NCBI GenBank assembly: GCA_025839675.1 | Contig: CP104013.1 | Span: forward strand, 4,980,001-5,012,000 | DNA length: 32,000 nucleotides | From: Candidatus Lokiarchaeum ossiferum | GTDB taxonomy: Archaea; Asgardarchaeota; Lokiarchaeia; Sigyniarchaeales; Promethearchaeaceae | Direction: 5' to 3' | Shown here: piece after piece, positions 1 through 8,973 of the stretch | Numbering within the stretch: position 1 is the stretch's first letter | Layout: each line of letters opens with the position of its first letter | Program-made: the position numbers and the translations under genes | The notes under the pieces: generated by a model | Databases searched by the model: none | Told to the model about the DNA's origin: nothing | The model's input: the letters and a program-made list of their open reading frames with translations, nothing else

Positions 1-395
1 GGCTTTATATATTTTCAATTTTGCTCTGAGGTGAGTATTTACAACAATTGAATATTTTGTTATTAATTCAGTTAAAGAAATGAGCAGGAAATATCCTTTA
101 TATTGAAAATCAATTAAGAAAATGAAAAATAAGAGAGAAATAAATGATAAAAATATAATGGACAATTTAATAAACATAAAATTTGAATAATAAGATTCAA
201 AATTGGAATCTCCACTATGTTGAATATAAATGGATTCAATTCCAATTGATAAGAACATAGTGAATATTCCAATATAACTCGAAACTTCTCCAGTAACTCC
301 CATTAATTCTAATGACAAGTATTTTGCAAAAAAGTAGGCCGCAAAGATGTTTAGAAACTGAAGTCCTACCTGAAAAATCATTCTAATTATAAATT
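1..395 (-). CDS. Partial CDS (N-terminal 131 codons, runs off the window start): polytopic membrane protein resembling the N-terminus of Wzx/MOP-family polysaccharide flippases
   Basis: Not in the supplied ORF track. My own minus-strand translation from the ATG at 395..393 stays open to position 1: MKDKFIIRMIFQVGLQFLNIFAAYFFAKYLSLELMGVTGEVSSYIGIFTMFLSIGIESIYIQHSG... It has several helix-length hydrophobic segments and an A-K-x-L-x-x-E-x-x-G pattern like Polysacc_synt N-termini. It starts 18 nt downstream of the GT gene at 414..1487 on the same strand. Confidence 0.45.
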
Positions 396-413
396 TATCC
401 TTCATATTATCAT

Positions 414-1487
414 CTATTTTTGCAAAGTTTCTCTGAATATTTTCTTTAGTTGATTTCCTATTTTTTTTGGCGTACAATACTGAAGATATGTTTTATATCC
501 TTCATGAGCAATTTTGGTTCTCAATATTGAATTTGTATATAAAGTAAGAATTGAATTTGCAAGTGATTCTGGATCTTCCGCTTTACAGAGTATTGCATTA
601 TGTCCGTTTGTGAATAACTCCCGAATTGCTGGGTGATTGGATGATATAATTGCCTTTTCCAATGCTATTGCAGCATAAATCTTATTTGGAATTACAATCT
701 GAGACTTAATAGAATTACCAAAAATACCCAAAATGATATCCGCTCTATTCAATTCATTGATCAATTGAGTTTCTTGCATGAAAGGAATTATTTCTACATT
801 GTTTAAATTATTTTTTAACTTGAATTCAAGCATTTCTCTGAACAGAATCTTTTTTGGATTTCCGCCGATTATTTTAAAATGGATTTCAGTTTGATTTAAC
901 AAAATTTTTGCAGCTTGGAATATAATCGGTATTCCTTGTAATGGAATATAGCTACCAAAGAAAGTAACTTGAAAATGTTGAGTTTTTGATTTTGAAATGC
1001 TATTTTCTTTTTCATAATCAGAACCAACGAAAACTCTGTGAATTTTTGATTTTGGTACTTGAATTTCTTCTGAAAAATAATTTCCATGGATCTTGGTGTC
1101 CGATATTAGTACATCGGCCATATTAAACGATAGGTTTTCAACAAATCGCAAGATATTTCCACGTAGACTATGTTTCGGAAACATATGGTAGTCGTTTACT
1201 TTAGTATTATATTGTGATATCAGCGGGTCATAAACAATTTTCTTTCTCTTTACACATTTGAGCAAAAGTGCTATGGGCATTGCTAAAATACTTGCTGGAA
1301 ATCCAATAAATATGATGTTATATTCTTCATTTAATGCTTTTTTAAGAAGCAGCCATTTTCTTTTGAAACTCCTTACATTGAAAATGTTACAATGAATTAC
1401 TTCGATTGAGTTTGCTTGTAATCCTTTCAAAATTATTCTATTTCTTGAATAATTTTGATGATAGGAACCAAAAAATAGTGCTTTCAC
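414..1487 (-). CDS. GT-B fold glycosyltransferase (group-1-like)
   Basis: 357-aa ORF. The N-terminus MKALFFGSYHQNYSRNRIILKGLQANSIEV and the C-terminal block IPNKIYAAIALEKAIISSNHPAIRELFTNGHNAILCKAEDPESLANSI resemble the nucleotide-sugar binding half of GT-B enzymes. The GTG start overlaps the upstream TGA stop (GTGA at 1487..1484), which suggests translational coupling to the giant membrane protein gene. Confidence 0.7.
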   Translation of the reverse strand: MKALFFGSYHQNYSRNRIILKGLQANSIEVIHCNIFNVRSFKRKWLLLKKALNEEYNIIFIGFPASILAMPIALLLKCVKRKKIVYDPLISQYNTKVNDYHMFPKHSLRGNILRFVENLSFNMADVLISDTKIHGNYFSEEIQVPKSKIHRVFVGSDYEKENSISKSKTQHFQVTFFGSYIPLQGIPIIFQAAKILLNQTEIHFKIIGGNPKKILFREMLEFKLKNNLNNVEIIPFMQETQLINELNRADIILGIFGNSIKSQIVIPNKIYAAIALEKAIISSNHPAIRELFTNGHNAILCKAEDPESLANSILTLYTNSILRTKIAHEGYKTYLQYCTPKKIGNQLKKIFRETLQK

Positions 1488-4400
1488 TCCCTCACATCCA
1501 TATTATTTCGCTTATTCTCAATTTTCTGATACCAGAAATAAATTACTCCTAATATTATTGCAGACAATAAATAGAAAGGGAGGGCATGAATATCATCATA
1601 AAATGGATTTCGTTCATTAGTTTCATTTTCATTGAAAACGATTTCTTCCATTTCTCCTTGAATTACTTCAATATTTCGTATAATTATAAACGGATCCCCA
1701 AGATCGAGCGTTGTTTTTATATTTCCTAAGTATATACGGTTTCTTAATTCAGACGATGTCTCATAAAAACTGTTTCGCCAATTTATGAATTGCATTTTTT
1801 TTGCATTAATTTCAGGTTCTCTTATGTAACAATAAGATTGGTCTGAATTAATTTGTATACTTTCAATACTTGTAAACAAATGAGTTTTATTTTGATTCTC
1901 GAAAGAAATTACAGAATCCAATGCATTCTGGAAATTAATGCCAATTTGAGTAAAGAAACTTTCAATATAATAGCTAATTCCGGTAGACAAATTCATTTCT
2001 GTCCCCAAAATTGTAAAATTTGATGATCTTAAATCTAAATTCGACAAATTTGAAAAGGATTCTGAAGTTTTATTATTATATTGTATTATAATCTCATCAA
2101 AAATCATATCTTGCGGAAATAAAATGACATCCGTTTGTATTTCAGGATCATCAATTATAATTTGATCTGCCATTCCAATATACTGGTCATTCCAATCATT
2201 ATTTGTCATCTTCGTTAAATTAACCATTTGAAACAGTTCTTCATAAAAATTATATTCTTCATAAAATGATTCATTTAATTTATCAAAAGCTTGTAAAAAT
2301 GGAACTAAATTCAAATATGATATTGTTCCTAAGCCTAAATCTTTTTCAATCATATATGGAGATATTTCATTATTTCCTGCTTTAAAATTCCATATTTTTG
2401 TTAAATTTTCTAGTGTCAATAATTTTTTTTGTGGAACTGAGATTTCAGTTGGTAGATTTATCGAAATACTTTGATTATTTTCTATAATATTTGAGCTAAT
2501 GGTGGAATTTTCATTTGAGAATAAGAAATCGGAAAAATAACCGTCTTCTTGAGTATTTAATACTATTAGATCTCCTCCGTTGTTAACAAAATCCATGAAT
2601 CGTGACATTTCGCCAAAATTTGTAATATTTGGTTCGAGTTCTAAGGGATCAGTTGGAAGGATTATTGTTTTTTTATCATAAATTTGTGAATCAGAACTCA
2701 AATATGCTGAGTAGTTGATGAACGAAAGCGATAGGAAAAGATATCCAAGATATTGATCTGAAAAGTTTCCAACCTCATTCGAAGGTAAGATGAGCGCATT
2801 TTCACTTCTAATTAAAGGAAAAGATGGTTTGGTTGAATTAAAGATCTCAATTTCTGCATTTTGAAATAAAATTTGTTGAGAATTAATATAATCAAGAAGA
2901 AAACTGCTCGAGCGATTTGCCAATGATATGCTTTCATTTGAAGAAAGAAAGATGTAGGGATGTTCAACTTCTGTTGACTTAAATAAATAACGCAGATCCA
3001 TATCTGGTGTTGTGGCATTGTATAATTTATCATTATATTGATACATATTTGCATACCCTGCCGAATACACTGTTCTTTGTGATTTTCTCTCCAAAGTAAC
3101 TACCCAAGAATTAACATCCGTATTCCCGATTTTAATTAGATTATCCACAGCTTCCAATTCGTTATCAGTAAGCTGATATTCTGATTGAAAACGATCTAAA
3201 GTCTCGTTTTCAATGTTGAATACTGCCATTAATGAATTTGATGTTATGATCATTCCTAAAAATAAAGTTGAAATGAAAGTCTTCTTATTTATTTTCCAAC
3301 TACTTTTCAATTGAATATCTTTTAGGAAATCTATAATTGCATATGGTGCAATTAGACATAATCCAAGAAAAATGAATAGTAAAAACCGATTTTCATAATA
3401 CCCCGTAGAAAAGATAAAAACATTAATGAAAGATACGAATCGACCAAATAAAAATGCGTAAAGAACGAATATGAATATAATGATCATTTCTGCTTTCATT
3501 TTTCCTTCTTTGTACAAAAATAACATTCCTAATAACCCAAATAAACCCGTAAATCCCAGTTTAAATGAATATGTAAATAATGGTAGGATGGAATTTGAAT
3601 TAAGTAAGTAGGCGTTAAACCAATAAGCATACATTCCTGCCGTAATCATACCAACAACATAGAGTGTAGTTATGATTTTTAACATTTTGATAAATTTTTC
3701 ATCCCATCCCGGTAATTCTAGAGTATTTTGAATTTTATCTTCATATTTTCTTAACCATTTTCTTGAAACAAATTCAGTTATGACCAAAAATAAAATTAAA
3801 CCAAGTATTATTAAGAGTACCTTATTATCTATAAGATAGTCAAAGAAACTTGATGAAATGAGTGAATAGATCATATAAATTGGTGTAAGAAAACCGAGAG
3901 AGATTATTATTGTATGATTAATTTTTGTGGTTTTTAATTTTGGTATGATATTTAAAATACCTAAAAACCCACAAAATAGAATTCCTTCCGCGATATGAGT
4001 AAGAAAAATGCCAACAAACAATAGAGCAACTATCAAATGGTTACAAAATGCTTGAATTTTTGAGATTTGTTTATTCTGAGTCTCGTCTTTGATGGATTTC
4101 AATATTATGGAAAATAGAAACAAAAGCATGTTAAAGGCCATAATGGAAGGCACATTCCACAATCCATATAGAGAATTTATTGAGAAATAGGTAACCGCAT
4201 TTGTCACACCGTATAGAAAGGTTTGCGATATCGAAGGAATTAAAACTTTTAAAATTATTACAAAAAAAAACCCTATTCCTCCACTATTATTGCTGAAAAA
4301 TAACCATGTTGCAAACATTGGTATTCTATAATCCAATTTTGAGAATAAAACCGATGCAAATTGATAAAAAGATAAAATAAGGGTTAAATTTGAAAAAATG

Positions 4401-5224
4401 AGGATAGTGTTGATTTTTAAATAAGTGGAATTTGAAATGAAAATAAAAGCCGACTCATATAAATTTGCAAGGAGATAAGGCATCCGATATTCCGAAGGTT
4501 TTTTTCCCAAAATGACACTCCAACCGAAATGTCGAGAAATATCAGCTGAAACACTTCGGGCGATGTTTGGATATAAGACAATATAAATAGATATAAAAAA
4601 ACCAATAATCAGTAATAAACCGGTTAATTCTGCAACTTTCAATTCTATTTTTGAATTGGGATCATTTATGGACTCTGCTTTTTTTTGATTTGAAAATTCA
4701 ACATAAGTCGAAAATATACTACAAAGCAACAGAAGTAAAATAAAAATAATTGTTCTTAATGAAAAATCCATCCAAATTAACGATAGCCACATAAGACCAG
4801 ATAAGATATAACTAACAAAGAGTAATATCAAGAATGATTGAATTCTCGTAAATTTTGCATGCTTTTTAATTAGTTGAAGAATTAAATTTCCGGGAATAAC
4901 TGATATTGCAAGATAGGATAATATTCCAGATATGACGGTTGGATATACTTTAAAAATGTGAAATGAAAGAAGAATACTTGGGATGGATATTATAAGGAAA
5001 TACTTGATAAATTGAAGATATCTATTTGAAACCCTCTTAAAATGGTATGTTCGATTTAGAAAAGACGAGGGATCCAAATAAAAATGAAAGAATACAATAA
5101 AACAAGTTTGAAAAATTATATAAATATACTTTAGAGGAGATCCGACCAGCCAGACCATTATAAGTGAAAAGAAGCCACAAAGGATGAAAATGATTGAAAA
5201 TTTGTTCTTTGAAATCTTTGACAA
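1484..5224 (-). CDS. Giant polytopic membrane protein A (1246 aa): about 650 aa multi-TM N-terminal region, about 550 aa extracytoplasmic domain, C-terminal TM anchor. Candidate GT-C-like glycosyltransferase/oligosaccharyltransferase (function inferred, family not recognised)
   Basis: Long uninterrupted ORF. Many hydrophobic helices occupy the first half. The Asn-rich soluble second half has many N-x-S/T sequons. A terminal hydrophobic helix ALPFYLLSAIILGVIYFWY is followed by a basic tail. It is a clear paralog of 23301..26981, with shared blocks DI(S/Y)RH, ESAFIF(I/L)SN, RIP(M/I)(F/L)ATW, H(I/V)AE, LGF(T/Y)GLFGLL and NGGDLI. The predicted start is TTG at 5224, with AGAGGA 9 nt upstream. No WWDYG (AglB/STT3) motif is present. 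Confidence 0.6.
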   Translation of the reverse strand: MSKISKNKFSIIFILCGFFSLIMVWLVGSPLKYIYIIFQTCFIVFFHFYLDPSSFLNRTYHFKRVSNRYLQFIKYFLIISIPSILLSFHIFKVYPTVISGILSYLAISVIPGNLILQLIKKHAKFTRIQSFLILLFVSYILSGLMWLSLIWMDFSLRTIIFILLLLLCSIFSTYVEFSNQKKAESINDPNSKIELKVAELTGLLLIIGFFISIYIVLYPNIARSVSADISRHFGWSVILGKKPSEYRMPYLLANLYESAFIFISNSTYLKINTILIFSNLTLILSFYQFASVLFSKLDYRIPMFATWLFFSNNSGGIGFFFVIILKVLIPSISQTFLYGVTNAVTYFSINSLYGLWNVPSIMAFNMLLFLFSIILKSIKDETQNKQISKIQAFCNHLIVALLFVGIFLTHIAEGILFCGFLGILNIIPKLKTTKINHTIIISLGFLTPIYMIYSLISSSFFDYLIDNKVLLIILGLILFLVITEFVSRKWLRKYEDKIQNTLELPGWDEKFIKMLKIITTLYVVGMITAGMYAYWFNAYLLNSNSILPLFTYSFKLGFTGLFGLLGMLFLYKEGKMKAEMIIIFIFVLYAFLFGRFVSFINVFIFSTGYYENRFLLFIFLGLCLIAPYAIIDFLKDIQLKSSWKINKKTFISTLFLGMIITSNSLMAVFNIENETLDRFQSEYQLTDNELEAVDNLIKIGNTDVNSWVVTLERKSQRTVYSAGYANMYQYNDKLYNATTPDMDLRYLFKSTEVEHPYIFLSSNESISLANRSSSFLLDYINSQQILFQNAEIEIFNSTKPSFPLIRSENALILPSNEVGNFSDQYLGYLFLSLSFINYSAYLSSDSQIYDKKTIILPTDPLELEPNITNFGEMSRFMDFVNNGGDLIVLNTQEDGYFSDFLFSNENSTISSNIIENNQSISINLPTEISVPQKKLLTLENLTKIWNFKAGNNEISPYMIEKDLGLGTISYLNLVPFLQAFDKLNESFYEEYNFYEELFQMVNLTKMTNNDWNDQYIGMADQIIIDDPEIQTDVILFPQDMIFDEIIIQYNNKTSESFSNLSNLDLRSSNFTILGTEMNLSTGISYYIESFFTQIGINFQNALDSVISFENQNKTHLFTSIESIQINSDQSYCYIREPEINAKKMQFINWRNSFYETSSELRNRIYLGNIKTTLDLGDPFIIIRNIEVIQGEMEEIVFNENETNERNPFYDDIHALPFYLLSAIILGVIYFWYQKIENKRNNMDVRE

Positions 5225-5299
5225 TTTCTTGATTCCTCTTAAAATTAATATTGCTCTTTTTTTAAAAAAGTTTATACCTCATGAAGCTAACCATTTTAT

Positions 5300-6316
5300 C
5301 TAAAGTTTATAAAGATAAAAAAGCAACTTTGCATAAAAATTGAGGAATCTGAATGTTATTGATTTAGAATCCACTTCATTGAATATCCCTTCCATACTAT
5401 AGTAATTATCGAAGATATTATTTTGCTTTTCCTTTGATCGCCATATTTTCAACATATTTTTGACAAGATACTGAAAAATTTTTATTCTTTCTCTCAAAAA
5501 TCCTTTGCCAATTGCGAAAACCAAATGAAAAGGCTCAAATAACAACTGCACTAATAACATTTTCTTTCGATTTTGTGCATGTTCTAAACACATCATTAAT
5601 CGATTGCGTTCATGATAAAAGTATTTGAATTTACCTAATTTATATCCTTCATCATTTTTCAGATGGAGTAATCTTATTGAATTGTCCACATATTGCATGC
5701 AATCTATCATTGATGCTCGTATTGAAAAATCGATATCCTCGTGATACATGAAATATTCTTCATCAAATCCATGCAGTCTTTGAAATAATTGCTTTTCTAT
5801 CAAGAAGCAACATCCTGAGGTAATCATCGTTCTGCGGATTTTACTTGTTTTAGAGTAATCTGGATTTGAAAACCCTAAGAAATTGATTGTTCTTCTCGAA
5901 AACTCTAAAATCCCTGTAGGATTGCAAATTCTTGGACCAATAATTATTTTTTCCGTTCTTTTTTCTCTTTTTAATCGCAAATATGTATTAAACAACTTTT
6001 CGATGAAATTAGGGGATATTTCAACATCTGGATTTATAATTATTACATAATCACCATTTGCTTTTTCTACTGCTATATTATATCCAATGGAAAATCCTAA
6101 ATTCTCTTCAAATCCATAAATACGTATCTTTTCTGTATTGAGCTTATTCTCAGTTAAATAGGATTGAATGTTTAGTATCGGATCTTTTTTGCTCCACACC
6201 AAAACGATCTCATAATTATTATATAATTGTGTGGTTAAAGTTTGCATGCATTTAATGAAATTATTGTCTTGATAAAATCCTACTACTACAAAGGATATTA
6301 GTGGTTCATTTTTCAT
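5300..6316 (-). CDS. Family 2 glycosyltransferase A (COG1216 / WbbL-GlfT-like GT-A fold)
   Basis: 338 aa. It has ISFVVVGFYQDNN at the N-terminus, ENLGFSIGYN, IIINPDVE (DxD-equivalent) and HGFDEEYFMYHEDIDFSIR (ED motif), followed by ERNRL. It aligns along its full length with 28699..29733. Confidence 0.85.
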   Translation of the reverse strand: MKNEPLISFVVVGFYQDNNFIKCMQTLTTQLYNNYEIVLVWSKKDPILNIQSYLTENKLNTEKIRIYGFEENLGFSIGYNIAVEKANGDYVIIINPDVEISPNFIEKLFNTYLRLKREKRTEKIIIGPRICNPTGILEFSRRTINFLGFSNPDYSKTSKIRRTMITSGCCFLIEKQLFQRLHGFDEEYFMYHEDIDFSIRASMIDCMQYVDNSIRLLHLKNDEGYKLGKFKYFYHERNRLMMCLEHAQNRKKMLLVQLLFEPFHLVFAIGKGFLRERIKIFQYLVKNMLKIWRSKEKQNNIFDNYYSMEGIFNEVDSKSITFRFLNFYAKLLFYLYKL

Positions 6317-6440
6317 GCTCTATTATCATAATCCTTCTCAAATAATAAAATTATAAGTTTTTCTTTTCCTAATTAAAATTGATTTTTCAATGAAATTCAA
6401 TAGAGCAAATTCTCTGATAAGAGAAAAGTGAATTTTGAGT

Positions 6441-6541
6441 ATGAAATTAGTTAAAATGCTTAAATTTTTATTACATTCCAAAGGATTTAAGAAGAGAAAA
6501 AAAACTCTTATAATAATTCACAAAATGAGAAAAAATTAAAA
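6441..6541 (+). repeat. Intergenic repeat copy A (about 100 bp), direct repeat of 8391..8495
   Basis: The first 60 nt align in register with only a few mismatches (atgaaattagttaaaatgcttaaatttttattacattccaaaggatttaagaagagaaaa vs atggaattagtttaaatccttaaatttttattgcattccaaaggacttcagatgagaaaa). After a short divergent stretch comes aattcacaaaatg(a/t)gaaaaaattaaaa. It ends 47 nt upstream of the beta-helix A start codon. Confidence 0.8.
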
Positions 6542-6587
6542 AACAATAATTTTACATAAATTATAGGAAATCATAAAAGGGCAAATC

Positions 6588-8375
6588 ATGAAAACTTTAA
6601 AAAAGAATCTTCCTATTGCAATAATTTCAATTATCTTCCTTTCCATGGCTATTTTCTGGATGGGAAAGAGCGATAATTTAGAAAATAATTCAATTAAAAT
6701 TAATCCTGCTGAGTTAAAAGATAAATCTCCCAATTTCATTCAAGAAATTCATTCTTCCATTTCAATTCAAGGAAATGATCAATTGGAAATTTTTATTGCA
6801 AATAACGGTTTAAATGGGGAGGGTTCAGCTTCATCACCATATATCATTGAAAATTATATAATTGATGCTACTTCATCTCACGGTATTTCTATACAGAATA
6901 TAACTAAGAATTTAATCATAAGAGAATGCGATATTCAAGATGGTTTTGACAACGGTAAATTTGGAATTTATTTAAGCAATTCAAGTAATATCTTAATTCA
7001 TGACAATCATTTTACCAGCAATTATTATGCCGTGATGCTATTCAAGTCTACTATCATCAATATTACAAACAATGTGATTTCACAAGCGGGAATTTATTTT
7101 AATGATTCTAATGAATGTTCTCTCTCTTATAATGAATTTAATCGCGCGAATTCTGCAACTGGGGGTGTTTGGTTACAAAATTCGGACAATAATTTAATTC
7201 AATTTAATGAAATTAAAGATTTAGAGTATCGTAAAGGCATATGTCTTTTTGATTCTCATTACAATATACTTAATGCAAATAAAATAAGCAATATCTATAT
7301 GGAACACGCGATTGATATCAGAAGATCTCATTCTAATATCATAACTTCAAATCAAATTAATAAATCTGTATGGATTAGTGCTATATATTTGCATGAATCA
7401 CAAAAAGCACATATAGAGAATAATTATATCTACGAAAATGGTGGAATGGGAATTTTACTCTATTATTCTGATTTCTTCAATATAACAGGAAACATCATAC
7501 GGTTCAATCTTGATTCTGGGATTTGTGTTGATCATACAATGGAAAGTTCCCTAACATTTAACTTAGTTACTGATAACGATGGTTTTGGGATTCATTTACT
7601 CTCCTTTATAAATCTTTTTCTTGAAGGTAATGAAGGAATCATCGGGTACGGTGATGATATACCTCCTGAAACAGATCCCATAATTACAAGTGATTCATCC
7701 ACTATTACACCTCCATCTACTTCTACTTCTTCATCTAACACTTCGTCTTCATCTATTTCTCAATCTATTGAAGAAAGTCGTCCCTCATGGGTTGAACTAT
7801 TTCTAATATTCACTACATTTTTTGTGATTTTCATTTTAATTTCACTTGTTTCATCCAAAAAAGACCAAAGCAACGAAAATCTGAATAATCAAGAAGTGGA
7901 AGAATTAGAATATTCCCTAGATAAAACAGTGGAGAATAATAATATGGAAAATTGGGAAATAGAGTCTATTTTTAATGATAATGTCTCTGATTCGCCTATA
8001 ATAGAAGAGCTAGAACCGAGAAATAGGATCGAAACCAAATTATTATCACCGGAACTTGATATCAAAGCAAATATTCAACCTCAAATTTCCTCTGATCATG
8101 AAATCCATATCTCGACTCAAAAGCATCTATTGGGGAATTTTAAAGATATTTTAAATGAAAAAAGAAAAATAGAAATTCCAATCCTAGCGTCTTTATTAAA
8201 TATTAGTGAAAAAGAATTATTGCTAAATCTTGTTTCATGGAGTCGAATCATCCCCTTTAAAATAGAAAATGGCATTATTGAAATGGAAATTCTCTCCAAT
8301 TTCATTGGGCTACTTGATAAACAATTTCAGGATTGGACTAAAAAAGGACCTAATGATAAGAAAATGGAAAAGTGA
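6588..8375 (+). CDS. Membrane-anchored right-handed parallel beta-helix (PbH1/NosD-like) surface protein A with Ser/Thr-rich stalk, TM helix and about 170 aa cytoplasmic tail
   Basis: 595 aa. The N-terminal signal anchor is LPIAIISIIFLSMAIFW. Repeats of the type N-x-I-x-x-N-x-I...GI-x-L fit PbH1 beta-helix turns. The stalk is TSDSSTITPPSTSTSSSNTSSSSISQS and the TM helix is WVELFLIFTTFFVIFILISLVSS, followed by a long charged tail. It is a paralog of 27244..28494. Confidence 0.8.
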   Translation: MKTLKKNLPIAIISIIFLSMAIFWMGKSDNLENNSIKINPAELKDKSPNFIQEIHSSISIQGNDQLEIFIANNGLNGEGSASSPYIIENYIIDATSSHGISIQNITKNLIIRECDIQDGFDNGKFGIYLSNSSNILIHDNHFTSNYYAVMLFKSTIINITNNVISQAGIYFNDSNECSLSYNEFNRANSATGGVWLQNSDNNLIQFNEIKDLEYRKGICLFDSHYNILNANKISNIYMEHAIDIRRSHSNIITSNQINKSVWISAIYLHESQKAHIENNYIYENGGMGILLYYSDFFNITGNIIRFNLDSGICVDHTMESSLTFNLVTDNDGFGIHLLSFINLFLEGNEGIIGYGDDIPPETDPIITSDSSTITPPSTSTSSSNTSSSSISQSIEESRPSWVELFLIFTTFFVIFILISLVSSKKDQSNENLNNQEVEELEYSLDKTVENNNMENWEIESIFNDNVSDSPIIEELEPRNRIETKLLSPELDIKANIQPQISSDHEIHISTQKHLLGNFKDILNEKRKIEIPILASLLNISEKELLLNLVSWSRIIPFKIENGIIEMEILSNFIGLLDKQFQDWTKKGPNDKKMEK

Positions 8376-8390
8376 TGTGTTCTTTTTATT

Positions 8391-8495
8391 ATGGAATTAG
8401 TTTAAATCCTTAAATTTTTATTGCATTCCAAAGGACTTCAGATGAGAAAAAAATATTCGCCTATACTAAATTCACAAAATGTGAAAAAATTAAAA
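8391..8495 (+). repeat. Intergenic repeat copy B (about 105 bp), direct repeat of 6441..6541
   Basis: See copy A. It begins 16 nt after the beta-helix A stop codon, so the two copies bracket that gene. It lies in the largest non-coding gap of the window (8376..8973). Confidence 0.8.
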
Positions 8496-8973
8496 TAAAA
8501 GAATTCTCTGCAAAATTGAAGAATCTGAAAAAAATGGACTTGGATTAAAAAAGAAATCCTACGAAATATTGATATATACTTGGTGGAACGAGTTAGAACA
8601 AGACCAATTCCCAGATAAATGCATTGGTTTTTTGTTGGACAATCAAGACGATTAAAGATAAGATGAAAAAAAAGAAAAATATCTCTAATGAAGGATAATC
8701 TGAAAGATTGGTGTAAAGCTTTTTTAATCAAGGGATGCAAAATGCAAGGGATCACAGGAAACTAAATCAAGAATATGTAGAAGCTCTCAATTCATGAAGC
8801 CTTAAATTTATGATATTTTTAAAAAGAAAAATAATAAGCCTCACAATGAAGCTAAGAAAAACGGAAAACTCTAAACTTTTAAAATGCACTCAATTATTCA
8901 ACTTATTAGAAAATTATCTAGTTATTTAAAATTAGAAAACAACTTTCCAATGTTCTAAAATTATTTAAGAGTA

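Noticed and set aside
1484-5224. Calling the giant membrane proteins AglB/STT3 oligosaccharyltransferases.
   Set aside because: Neither protein contains WWDYG or a recognisable DK/MI motif. I can only claim similarity in overall layout (multi-TM N-terminal half plus a soluble domain) to GT-C enzymes.
5300-6316. Interpreting the module GT2s as GtrB/DPM1-type polyprenyl-phosphate sugar synthases, which would make GT2 + giant protein a classic Gtr/YfhO-like three-component system.
   Set aside because: Their motifs (NPD, long spacing, FDExFFMYxEDxD, ERNRL) match the soluble COG1216 WbbL/GlfT-like branch, not the GtrB/DPM1 branch. The C-terminal hydrophobic segments are only weakly TM-like. The idea is kept as a lower-probability alternative, not as a call.
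7660-7790. The Ser/Thr-rich coding stretches (also 27470..27610) as tandem DNA repeats or variable-number repeats.
   Set aside because: They are compositionally biased (tc/ac-rich codons) but I could not find an exact repeating nucleotide unit. They are better described as low-complexity stalk regions.
6441-8495. Possible CRISPR or other array formed by the 100-bp repeats.
   Set aside because: There are only two copies. They are about 100 bp long, imperfect, and separated by a 1.8-kb protein-coding gene. No short regularly spaced repeats occur anywhere in the window.
8438-8755. 105-aa minus-strand ORF in the long intergenic gap.
   Set aside because: The translation is low-complexity and Phe/Ile/Leu-rich. 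It overlaps repeat copy B and has no motif or paralog. The region is more likely non-coding, although what it does remains open (see the finding on 6441..8973).
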